Origin: an uncultured Pseudomonadales bacterium
Lineage (GTDB): Bacteria; Patescibacteriota; Microgenomatia; UBA1400; PJMF01
Reading direction: 5' to 3'
Assembly: GCA_964633875.1 (NCBI GenBank)
Contig: CAZWKL010000001.1
Span: 53,530-117,529 of the forward strand
DNA: 64,000 bases
In this document: positions 40,528 to 48,926 of the stretch, piece by piece
Layout of the letters: every line of letters starts with the position of its first letter
How positions within the stretch are numbered: the stretch's first letter is position 1
Program-made: the position numbers and the translations under genes
Notes under the pieces: generated by a model
The model's input: the letters and a program-made list of their open reading frames with translations, nothing else
Database searches by the model: none
Told to the model about the DNA's origin: nothing

Positions 40528-41325
40528 TTAGCCTCCCACAGAAGAATACTGTAGCCTGGCTTTTTTCCAGACGAAAGCGGTCAAGGCAAGCATACCTAAA
40601 ATTACTCCGGTCATATAAAGATAATCAAATGGAACTAAACTGTACTGTCCCTGCAAGAGCATAACAGGGACGACAAACAAGTACTTGAAGGGCAGCAGCT
40701 CGACGATGTTACGCATCAGTTCAGGCAGAAAAATCACTGGCATAATGCTGCCGCTGAATAGCGCCACTGTTACCCACTTAAAGTGCTCCAATCCGTTGGA
40801 GCCTTCCAGCCAGAAAGTTAGCAGCACAATCCAGAGGCCAAAAATAAATTGGATCAGGTGGGCGGCGAAAAGGACCAGCAAAAATTGCGGCGCGTTGGCA
40901 AAAAAGTCCGGTAGGCTGAAGCCGGGAATGAAGAAGTTGATAATGAAAACTAGCAGGCCCAGGACGGGCAAAAAGAGCAAGAAAGCAAAAAACTTGCTGG
41001 CCACGCTGGAAGTATAGATTTCCAACAGGTAAGAGAAAGGTCGAATCAGGTAGAAATCGATTTTGCCGTCGCGGATTTGTTCAGCCCGCCAGCCTTCAAA
41101 GTGAACAACAGTCAAGCGGTCAATCACCGCCACCATCACGTAATACTGCATCACCTGGATCAGCGAGTAGTCTTGAATGGTGGCCGCGCCACGGTAGATA
41201 GCCTGCCAGATAAAAATCATGGTGATGTAGGGGACCAAGTCCATCAACAGCCACAAAAAAGTTTCCGCCCTGAACTGCAGAGAGGTCATCAGACTGAGCC
41301 GGAAAAAAGCCAGGTATTTTTTCAT
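40528..41325 (-). CDS. ABC-2-family transporter permease paralog A, the first gene of the operon
   Basis: Loop GKIDFYLIRPFS; C-terminus ...RLQYSSVGG. 6 TM helices. Confidence 0.6.
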   Translation of the reverse strand: MKKYLAFFRLSLMTSLQFRAETFLWLLMDLVPYITMIFIWQAIYRGAATIQDYSLIQVMQYYVMVAVIDRLTVVHFEGWRAEQIRDGKIDFYLIRPFSYLLEIYTSSVASKFFAFLLFLPVLGLLVFIINFFIPGFSLPDFFANAPQFLLVLFAAHLIQFIFGLWIVLLTFWLEGSNGLEHFKWVTVALFSGSIMPVIFLPELMRNIVELLPFKYLFVVPVMLLQGQYSLVPFDYLYMTGVILGMLALTAFVWKKARLQYSSVGG

Positions 41326-41385
41326 GATTGGTCAGCGCTATCAGGGTGTAATGAGGCAGCACTAATTTAATTATTGTAGCAGCAA

Positions 41386-41422
41386 AAACCCCGACAGGCG
41401 CCGGGGTTATTTTTGGTTTTTT
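41386..41422 (-). terminator. Bidirectional intrinsic terminator (hairpin ACCCCG-N8-CGGGGT flanked by T/A runs), terminating hup
   Basis: Plus strand aaaaACCCCGacaggcgcCGGGGTtatttttggtttttt. On the minus strand the same hairpin is followed by TTTTTGCTGC. Located 17 nt downstream of the hup stop. Confidence 0.5.
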
Positions 41423-41438
41423 AGTTTTGGGCGCGGTT

Positions 41439-41714
41439 TTACCAAACCTTCACTTTGAGCGGTTTGCCGACGCGGAAATTGACCACCCGGTGACCTTTGA
41501 TAGTCTGGCGCTTGTTCTCATCGCCAAAAGGCACCACTTCTTTATCGCCAACTTGGCCGATATAAAAGGTCCCGAATCCGGAAATGACTACTTTTTCTCC
41601 TTTTTGCAGTGATCTGCTGATCTCCTCAAAAAGCGCTTCAATGGCATCGTCTGCCGCTCTTTTGGTGAGGTGAGCTTTTTTGGCAACGATTGAAACAAGC
41701 TGAGATTTTGTCAT
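41439..41714 (-). CDS. hup: DNA-binding protein HU
   Basis: 91 aa: MTKSQLVSIVAKKAHLTKRAADDAIEALFEEI...GEKVVISGFGTFYIGQ...VNFRVGKPLK. HU/IHF fold signature (GFGxF, arm with R/K/P). Confidence 0.85.
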   Translation of the reverse strand: MTKSQLVSIVAKKAHLTKRAADDAIEALFEEISRSLQKGEKVVISGFGTFYIGQVGDKEVVPFGDENKRQTIKGHRVVNFRVGKPLKVKVW

Positions 41715-41760
41715 GTAAACTTTCTAGATTACTTATTTGTACTTAGCTGCTGAACTATGA

Positions 41761-41788
41761 ATTATAGCGGTTGAGCATTGAATGTAAA
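41761..41788 (-). promoter_or_regulatory. Putative sigma70-type promoter for hup (-35 TTTACA, 16-bp spacer, -10 TATAAT on the minus strand)
   Basis: Minus-strand reading: TTTACAttcaatgctcaaccgcTATAAT. The predicted transcription start is ~40 nt upstream of the hup ATG (41714). Confidence 0.45.
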
Positions 41789-41829
41789 GGGCAATTTCCG
41801 CGATAGCAAGCGCATTTATTATGTGTTTA

Positions 41830-42225
41830 TTATATATAATTGTGCCGTTTTAAGAAAGCGATAAATGCTCCCAGCAAATCGTAGCCGAGATCGCGAAAAG
41901 TGCCGTATCTGCCTGGTACGAAGGACTGGTGAAACTCATCCGACAAGGCGTAAAGGAAGGTAATGAAAAAAGCGATTTGCCAGATTTGGAAAGGGCCGTG
42001 TTTTTTCTGGGGGATGGTTTGTTGAATACCCCAATGCAGGAGCAGAAAAAGGACAGCATAAACAAAAATATGGGCTAGTTTTTTGAAGGCATAATCGCTC
42101 CAGGAAACAGCCAGTCCGGGCAGATTGGTTTGGGAGGAAAGCAGGAAGATGAAAATGGCCCAGAGTACGGAAGGTCCGAAGGCTTTAGCCCACAGCGCTA
42201 ATGATTTGAACAATTCTTTTTTCAT
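41830..42225 (-). CDS. VanZ-like family membrane protein
   Basis: Motif ALSDEFHQSFVPGRYGTFRDLGYD matches the VanZ signature (DExxQxFxPGR...D). 3-4 TM helices. The ORF track extends to 42264; the ATG at 42225 (MKKELFK) was chosen. Overlaps the 3' end of the upstream gene. Confidence 0.6.
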   Translation of the reverse strand: MKKELFKSLALWAKAFGPSVLWAIFIFLLSSQTNLPGLAVSWSDYAFKKLAHIFVYAVLFLLLHWGIQQTIPQKKHGPFQIWQIAFFITFLYALSDEFHQSFVPGRYGTFRDLGYDLLGAFIAFLKRHNYI

Positions 42226-43354
42226 ACAGTAACAAAACTCCGCTGGAGCTAATTGCGAACCCACCTAGTATAACATTTAGCAAGCTTTTCTGTGAGGGTG
42301 GTTGAGCCGGCGTCTTGGCGTAGATGGCCTTGCCGGTAGCTTGGGTTGGAGCATTGTTTTCAGAGGCGTTCTCAGGGGTGGCGGTGAAGTCAGGCAGTGG
42401 CTGGTTGGGGCTGGGGGTGGAAGTTTGGTGGGTGGTGGAGTTGGTGGGGGCGGTGGGGTTGGTGGAATTGGCGGTGGAACCTGGCTGGTTTTCGGTGGTG
42501 GAGCTGGTAGAGTTTTGGCCGCCAGGCGAGGTTTGCTGTGGGTAGATGGTTTCACCCTTGGTACAGCCAGAGTAACTGGCGGTGGCAACAGTCTCGCCGG
42601 TGGGGGTTTCGATAAAGACTGAATCGCCGGTGTTGTTGAGCATGGCCTGCTGCCAGGAGGTTTTCTGGGTTTGGCCTGGGGGGATGGCGCCTGAGAGGCC
42701 ACGGAAGTTGTTTTGTTCATCCCGGATTTTCCAGTTTTCCAGGTTGAGGGTGGTAGGGCCGTGATTTTTGATGATGATCCATTCCGGCTGGTTTTCCAAA
42801 GGGCAGGGGTGGATTTCTTCGATGGTGAGTTGAGGCGGAGCGGAACTGGGTGGCGGACTGGTGGATGGTGAAGGTGTGGGGGTGGTGGCAGCGGTGGGAG
42901 GAGGTGTGGGTGTGGGGAGCAGGTTGGGACTGCCGGGAGTGGGGTCGGTGAGGAGGAAGACATTTTCGTTGGTGGCGCGGCGGCTCCAGCTTTTGCCGGG
43001 GGTGGAAGTTTCGTACTGCATGGCGTCGATTTGTTCGCCACTGGCATTGTAAAGCACCACGCCGTCCGCGCCATTATTCAGCTTCATGGAAGATAGCTCA
43101 AAAACTGCGTAGCCACCGGCTTCCAGCGTCAGGTTGCCAATGGTGTAAATCAGAGCCGGCGAAGCCAGTTGGTCGTAGAGCGTCCAGCCAGTGAGATTCA
43201 CCGGCTCAATATCGGGATTGTGCAGCTCCACCCACTCCGGCCCGTCTTGGGGCTGGGGAAAAACTTCGGAGATGACGGGGGCAGCGGAGGCCGAGATGGG
43301 GAGAAGCAAGAAAAAGCACAATGCAATCGGAAAGATGAGCAACAAATGCGTCAT
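42185..43354 (-). CDS. Secreted protein with two lamin-tail domains (LTD), a Pro/Thr linker, an S/T/N-rich low-complexity region and a C-terminal hydrophobic anchor
   Basis: Signal peptide (LLIFPIALCFFLLLPISASA). LTD1 is ISEVFPQP..EWVELHNP..VNLTGWTLYD...NNGADGVVLYNASGEQIDAMQY. LTD2 is IEEIHPCP..EWIIIKNHG..LNLENWKIRD...NNTGDSVFIETPTGETV. The linker is PTPTPPPTAATTPTPSPSTSPPPSS. C-terminus ...LLNVILGGFAISSSGVLLLYEKRIV. Confidence 0.6.
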   Translation of the reverse strand: MTHLLLIFPIALCFFLLLPISASAAPVISEVFPQPQDGPEWVELHNPDIEPVNLTGWTLYDQLASPALIYTIGNLTLEAGGYAVFELSSMKLNNGADGVVLYNASGEQIDAMQYETSTPGKSWSRRATNENVFLLTDPTPGSPNLLPTPTPPPTAATTPTPSPSTSPPPSSAPPQLTIEEIHPCPLENQPEWIIIKNHGPTTLNLENWKIRDEQNNFRGLSGAIPPGQTQKTSWQQAMLNNTGDSVFIETPTGETVATASYSGCTKGETIYPQQTSPGGQNSTSSTTENQPGSTANSTNPTAPTNSTTHQTSTPSPNQPLPDFTATPENASENNAPTQATGKAIYAKTPAQPPSQKSLLNVILGGFAISSSGVLLLYEKRIVQIISAVG

Positions 43355-43407
43355 GGCTCTTTGATAGCACCAATTTCTGGCTTTAAGTGTAGAGGGACCG
43401 GAGTTCT

Positions 43408-45612
43408 CTAATGATGTCCCAAGATGTTCACAGAGTCTGAAGAGTCGGGATATTGAAGATTGAGATCATAAAGCAGGTTATACATCGTTACTTGAGCACG
43501 GAAAATGGGAGGGTAATCGGCGGAGCCGACAAAAAACTCTTCTTTAAATACCCCAGGCTCCACTTCTTTTTTGCTATAGATCATGGGTTTTATTTCAGCG
43601 TTGAAATATTGCAAAACCTCATCCCAATCTTCGCGGGCAATATCCCGCCGCATGTGCCAACTATCAAGCATTAAATAAACCAATTGGGTGAAGAAATAAT
43701 GAGGATCTTCTGTTGCTGGCCTGGAAAGCAAACCTTTCTCAAGCATGATTTGATTTAATGCCGGCATTTTTTCTTGATCATGTAAAAGTCCGGCAAAGTC
43801 ATAGAAGAGACGATTAACTAAATTATTGTTGAAATGATCTAAAATTTGCTCCCATTTCTCCGGCGGCACATTAGGCCAGACACCACCATCTCTCCAGAAC
43901 ATCTTTTCAAAGATATGATAAGCAGCATTCATATCATTTCCAGGATGAGTAGTCAGAATTCCGGCTTCAAGGAGCATGTTGGCGAAAGTTTCCAGTGACT
44001 GAGTAACCGAGGCCGGCGCATATGGTGGATCAATAGTAATATCTCTGGCAAATTCCTGATCGTCAACCAGATCTGTAAGTGGGGCAATTTCTCTGATAGC
44101 ACACGTTTTGTAGATATGCCAAGCTAGATTACTTCGGTCGTTTGCATTGAAATCTCCGGCGATATCAGAAAGGCGCTTAGTTACTAGAATGCTGGTGATT
44201 GCTTGAAACAAGCTGTTGTATTCATGTGGACCTTCCGTCCGCAGCACTTCCGAGTAAGCTACTCTCAGTTGTTTGGCTTCATCCTCATATTTCACTAATT
44301 TACTCTGCAAATCAAACAAAAGCTTCAATTCTTCGGTGTTATTTTCATTTAGCGCTTGTTTGAGTAGGAATGGTAAAAATTTCGGATTTCTTATTTGTTG
44401 AGAAACAAGTTTTTTTACAAAGCCTATAAAATTTTGACTGGCTTCTTCTCGCATGTGCTCGACAGTGCGCTGATAGGCAAACTCAGGATTGGTGGGGATT
44501 TCAGAAACCTTGTGCCAGGCATCTGTGTAATTAAGCAATTGCCACTCGTGCATTGGGTCAGTGATACCGATTTCATTAAGTGCGTCAGGGTTGCCTTCGG
44601 CAAATGGCTGCAGCCGGTTGGCATACCGCTCAAGATAAGTTGCTGCTAATTGTCTCATTTCTTCCCTGGTTTGCTGCACTCTCTCACGTTTGCTGGTGGC
44701 TTCCTTATAAGCCCGAGCTGCTTCAGGAAAATTTTGCTCAAACAAGATTGTCAAAGCAGTATTGGGATATCGGTCAAAGGCAGCCGCTCGTTCACCTGGT
44801 TCCATATCCATCATGCCGGTGGTTGGTTGCTCACGAAATCTGATTAAGTCGTAGTGTCTGATACCTTCATCGGGCAAGGCTTCATTGATTCCTCCGGGAA
44901 GATTGACGCCTATCTCAGCCAGTCTTTCTTTAATAATTAAAGCAGAGCCTCCTGGAGCCAGAGCAGAAACAGCTTTAATTTCTACTCCCATCGCTCTAGC
45001 GCCGGTGACGCCGACTTTTTGAATAATTGAAACATTGACATCCATATTGGAGATATCTTTAGGTTCAGAAAAGCCACCGATGTTTTCGGCGCTGATTTGC
45101 AGGGTTGAAACCAGAGTAATAAAGTCAAGATTGGCTGCATTTGCTAGCAAATGCAGTTTGTCGACAAAACCAGCAAAATAATCTTCAAAACTTTCTCCTT
45201 CGCGCTTTTCCGCTTCGTAGCAATTTCTGGCTAGAATCTTGAGGTGAATCGCTGACCCTTCAATCACTTCTCCTTGAGGAGTTTCTTTTCTTCTTGCCCA
45301 GGTACTGAGAGGGAAGAGGTGTTCTTTACCTTGGAAATGCTTTAGCCACAGTTGGTGTAGGGTAGGAGCTGAAACTTCGTAAGCACCACTACCCTCCGGC
45401 GGATAAGGACGTTTGAGAGCGGCTGCGGCGCCAGCCCTGAACTCCGGATTTCCCACCAGCCTGGTGACAGGATAACCGGCAACTGCAGTACCGACAAGGG
45501 CTGCCGCTGCTTTGAGAAAAGTTCTGCGAGACACTCCTGGTTTTTGAGTTTCTTCCTCAGGCTTAGGTCCCCGATCTTTTTTTCTGGAGCGCTTGGTTTC
45601 TGTTGGCATCAC
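43408..45612 (-). CDS. Hypothetical 734-aa exported or membrane-anchored protein with a twin-arginine-type signal (SRRTFLKAAAALVGTAVAG)
   Basis: Basic N-terminus followed by a canonical S-R-R-x-F-L-K motif plus a hydrophobic h-region. No recognisable catalytic motifs. 1-nt overlap with the upstream GT-C gene. Confidence 0.4.
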   Translation of the reverse strand: MMPTETKRSRKKDRGPKPEEETQKPGVSRRTFLKAAAALVGTAVAGYPVTRLVGNPEFRAGAAAALKRPYPPEGSGAYEVSAPTLHQLWLKHFQGKEHLFPLSTWARRKETPQGEVIEGSAIHLKILARNCYEAEKREGESFEDYFAGFVDKLHLLANAANLDFITLVSTLQISAENIGGFSEPKDISNMDVNVSIIQKVGVTGARAMGVEIKAVSALAPGGSALIIKERLAEIGVNLPGGINEALPDEGIRHYDLIRFREQPTTGMMDMEPGERAAAFDRYPNTALTILFEQNFPEAARAYKEATSKRERVQQTREEMRQLAATYLERYANRLQPFAEGNPDALNEIGITDPMHEWQLLNYTDAWHKVSEIPTNPEFAYQRTVEHMREEASQNFIGFVKKLVSQQIRNPKFLPFLLKQALNENNTEELKLLFDLQSKLVKYEDEAKQLRVAYSEVLRTEGPHEYNSLFQAITSILVTKRLSDIAGDFNANDRSNLAWHIYKTCAIREIAPLTDLVDDQEFARDITIDPPYAPASVTQSLETFANMLLEAGILTTHPGNDMNAAYHIFEKMFWRDGGVWPNVPPEKWEQILDHFNNNLVNRLFYDFAGLLHDQEKMPALNQIMLEKGLLSRPATEDPHYFFTQLVYLMLDSWHMRRDIAREDWDEVLQYFNAEIKPMIYSKKEVEPGVFKEEFFVGSADYPPIFRAQVTMYNLLYDLNLQYPDSSDSVNILGHH

Positions 45613-48600
45613 TATTCATGGTATGAGAATTTGGGGTTAAAAGCAATGTTGATTAGTAGAATTGCTGTGGTGGTTAAAATCAGGAATCCAGCAAATTCAA
45701 GTAATTGGGGCCAGAAAAAAACGATTACATGATAAGAACCCTCAGGAAGAACCCATGCATTGGCCCAACCATTATAGATGACATGATCTAAAAGGTGTAG
45801 ATTTGACAAATTGATAGCTATCCAGCCATTTTCATAAGTTTGTGATAGGGCAACCAGGCCGATATCTGGATTGTCGACCTTAAAACCATATTGATATGTA
45901 CCAACTTTCCATAAATTACTGATTTTGGCATGATTTATAATTTTCTCGGATTCACTTTGTGGTTTGATCACAATCCTACTTATAAAATCGAGCGGAACAG
46001 GATAAATTTCAATGTTTTCAATAATATTTTCACTGATTTCAGAGCCAAATGATCGGTTTTCCCAACTCAAATAATAGCCCTCATTTTCCAAATAAGGCCA
46101 TGGCAAAATTCCATAACTTATTTCTCGAGAGCTGTCGGGAATTAGTTCTTCAAGATCCGAGCGTCCGGCAGCGATGTTTTGCAGGTTTAGTTTAATTGTT
46201 CTACCGGAGATATTCTCAATTTGCCACCTCATTAGATACGAGCTGTGTTGATTTAGATCGAAAAGGTCAGCGCCATCGCAGGCAACACCCAAATCAACAC
46301 TTTGATAAACAACATTATCTGCAACTATTTTTTTAATTGATTCGTTTTTTCGCATTAAATCACAATTTGACACACTATTGGGGTTGGCGAATTCAGGACT
46401 GTAAGGTATGGAGCTGATCTGAATAACTAATTCAGAGCTAGGCTTCAAATCAACTGTGTGTTCTTGAGTCATAGAATCCCATGACTCAGTTGATAAAGAA
46501 ATTGATGCGACTCTATTAGAGTCGATAAACCTCTGGTCTTCTTCTTCTTCTATCTCAGCAAAATTAAAGGCAGATATTACTACGGGTCTATTTATTTGAA
46601 GATTAGCTTCGGTTTGAATAGTTTGTCCTTGTTGGATCTCAATTTGTTTTTCACCTATTTCTATAATAACGTTTTGAAACTCTAGTGGTATTGGTAAAGC
46701 GACGGAGGGGAGGGATGGCAGAGCAAATTGATCAGAGCCAGTTTTTATAATGATCTGTTGATTAAAATCGACTGTCACTAAACCATTTGTAAAATTGAGA
46801 CTAATCTGAGCCATATGTTCTTCTCCTTGTGCTAATGGCGGAAGAATTAATTTTGCATTATCAGTTAGTTCAGCTATGTTTTCCTTGATAATAAGCTGAT
46901 TATGTCCATATTCAACAAAAGGCGTTTGATCTTTTAGGTAATCTGCAAATGGGTACATTATTGGCTGTTTATCTATAAATAGATTGTGGTTACCAGACAC
47001 ATATGGGCCGTTGCCTTGATAGATAGGATCTCGCTTGCTGTAAGTGACATCGCCAATTGCTAAAACTAATGAGTCGGGAACGTAGACGAAAGATTTGCTT
47101 CCCACCAAGAGCCTAACATCATAAATTGATAGAAAATTCTCCTGCCAAGCAGGTTTCAAGCCTATTTCAGCTAATAAGTTTTTAATTTCTGGTTTTTTAA
47201 CTGTATCAGTGTTGTCATTAGGATTAATAATACTTTCATCTAAAAGTAGATAGGAGATATCAAATTTTTCTAGCGTTTCTATAAAGGTTTGTGGGTCATT
47301 TCCATATAAGGCTGCAGAAAGTTCTTTGTAGAGAGTTTCATTATGAGGATTCCAGCGGTCAAAGTCTCTGACTGTCATTGGTTGATTCATGCCAAACCAG
47401 ATAAATCCAGCTCCTTCGTAACCCCAATCATAAAATTCCCAACCTATAGGAGTTTGCAATGGTAAGTTAATTATTCTGGCTTGATCGGGCTGTGTTTCCA
47501 GCCAGTCATAAAGGGAAAAATAAGGTTGAGGAATATCATTTAATAATTTTTTGTTGATAAGCTGACCTTGCAATAGGGGTAAACCATACAAGCCCAAAAC
47601 AAAACTAACAAGGAATACTAAGGAAATGTTAATTGCCAAAGATACTTTAATAATTTTTCTAATAAATTTCATAACTTCATTCATAAAAACTGAAAAATAA
47701 ACTGAGGTTGAGAACATAAGTAAAAGAGAAAACTTAGTGAAAGGAGTCCTCAGTCCTTCTCTAAAGATAGCAACATTATCTCTTAACCAACCGAAAATAT
47801 AATTAAAAGGCGGATTCATATTCATCAGCATAAATATGGATAAGAGTATGATTGGCAGCAAAGCTGTTTCCACCTTCTTTTTTTTAAGCACACTGACTGT
47901 CAACCCAATCAAAGAAAAAGCGAAAATTGCATATCCAATTGAAATTATCCAAATATTGCCAATGTGTTCTTTCCACTGCGGTAGTAAATCGCCGAATCTA
48001 CCATCATTTTTGAGATCTAGCCAGTTGAAAAGGAAATTTCGGAAAATAGCTACATCTTGAATTTTTCCGAAATTAGCGTTGTGTAAGAATGATTCTGGAG
48101 AAAAAAGTCGGTTAATGTGTGAATTAGCAGGAATTTTAGCCGCATCTGTTAATAAAAAGTACAGATTTGGCAGTAACCAAAAACTATTGGCTGCTAAGGT
48201 TGCACCAATAACAAACAGGCTTTTTTTGAAGAAATTTCTTTTTCGTTCTTCCAGATTTAAAACTATTAAAAACAAAATCAGAGCTCCGAAGTAAGCGAAC
48301 CAAAGTTGAGAGGCATAAGCCATTGGAGTGGAGAAGAGGGAAATAACAAAAAATGCAAGTAAATATTTTGGATTTTCTGAATATAAAGACTTTATTGTGA
48401 ACAAGAAGAGCCAGCCCAAAACTGAGTATTGAACCGCGAACATCTCAAACACTACGTAAAAATGTTGGACAGTTCCAAGATTGAAAATATAAACTAAAGC
48501 TCCTAAAAATGCCGAAGCATGAATAATGTATCCTGATTTTTCTTCAAAAATCCCATTTTTAATAAAATAATAAATTCCCAACGGACCCATAATAAAACAG

Positions 48601-48926
48601 AGATAAACAAACCCAAGTCTGAGAAAATGGTCTGGTAAGACAAATGATCCGAGCCATAGAGTAATAATTCTGGGTAAGTCACTCATATGCGAGTGAGCAG
48701 CTACTGCACCCAAACCCTGATCTTGTCTCCAAACTCCAAAAATAACATTAGAAATTTGTGAGGGGAAATTAAATTCCGGATGCAATGTATCCCAGCCAGT
48801 CAGCCATTTTCCCGGAACGTAGTTTGTGATAATAATCAGTAAAGTAATCAGGAAAATTGATGCTGGCCAAAAAAAATTATTAAACCACTTTTTAGTGGGG
48901 ATATGGGCAGCAATATTTTTCATCAT
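45612..48926 (-). CDS. Large polytopic membrane glycosyltransferase-like protein (GT-C fold; YfhO/AftD/PMT-like architecture). ~13 N-terminal TM helices, a ~550-aa extracytoplasmic domain and a C-terminal TM helix.
   Basis: 1104 aa. N-terminal 500 aa are strongly hydrophobic with short loops. The C-terminal soluble region ends with the TM helix FAGFLILTTTAILLINIAF. Immediately downstream of, and overlapping (4 nt), a GT2 polyprenyl-phosphate sugar synthase-like gene. This is the classic donor-synthase/GT-C pairing. Confidence 0.5.
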   Translation of the reverse strand: MMKNIAAHIPTKKWFNNFFWPASIFLITLLIIITNYVPGKWLTGWDTLHPEFNFPSQISNVIFGVWRQDQGLGAVAAHSHMSDLPRIITLWLGSFVLPDHFLRLGFVYLCFIMGPLGIYYFIKNGIFEEKSGYIIHASAFLGALVYIFNLGTVQHFYVVFEMFAVQYSVLGWLFLFTIKSLYSENPKYLLAFFVISLFSTPMAYASQLWFAYFGALILFLIVLNLEERKRNFFKKSLFVIGATLAANSFWLLPNLYFLLTDAAKIPANSHINRLFSPESFLHNANFGKIQDVAIFRNFLFNWLDLKNDGRFGDLLPQWKEHIGNIWIISIGYAIFAFSLIGLTVSVLKKKKVETALLPIILLSIFMLMNMNPPFNYIFGWLRDNVAIFREGLRTPFTKFSLLLMFSTSVYFSVFMNEVMKFIRKIIKVSLAINISLVFLVSFVLGLYGLPLLQGQLINKKLLNDIPQPYFSLYDWLETQPDQARIINLPLQTPIGWEFYDWGYEGAGFIWFGMNQPMTVRDFDRWNPHNETLYKELSAALYGNDPQTFIETLEKFDISYLLLDESIINPNDNTDTVKKPEIKNLLAEIGLKPAWQENFLSIYDVRLLVGSKSFVYVPDSLVLAIGDVTYSKRDPIYQGNGPYVSGNHNLFIDKQPIMYPFADYLKDQTPFVEYGHNQLIIKENIAELTDNAKLILPPLAQGEEHMAQISLNFTNGLVTVDFNQQIIIKTGSDQFALPSLPSVALPIPLEFQNVIIEIGEKQIEIQQGQTIQTEANLQINRPVVISAFNFAEIEEEEDQRFIDSNRVASISLSTESWDSMTQEHTVDLKPSSELVIQISSIPYSPEFANPNSVSNCDLMRKNESIKKIVADNVVYQSVDLGVACDGADLFDLNQHSSYLMRWQIENISGRTIKLNLQNIAAGRSDLEELIPDSSREISYGILPWPYLENEGYYLSWENRSFGSEISENIIENIEIYPVPLDFISRIVIKPQSESEKIINHAKISNLWKVGTYQYGFKVDNPDIGLVALSQTYENGWIAINLSNLHLLDHVIYNGWANAWVLPEGSYHVIVFFWPQLLEFAGFLILTTTAILLINIAFNPKFSYHE

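Noticed and set aside
42277-43074. 265-aa Pro-rich ORF (and the Gly-rich plus-strand ORFs 42302..42622, 42324..42545) overlapping the lamin-tail-domain gene
   Set aside because: These are alternative or antisense frames of the PT-linker and S/T-rich tract of the LTD gene. Proline/glycine runs arise automatically from the CCN/GGN repeats. The LTD frame carries the recognisable domains.
43408-45612. Assigning an enzymatic function (glycoside hydrolase, lyase) to the 734-aa RR-signal protein
   Set aside because: No catalytic motif could be recognised by eye. Left as hypothetical.
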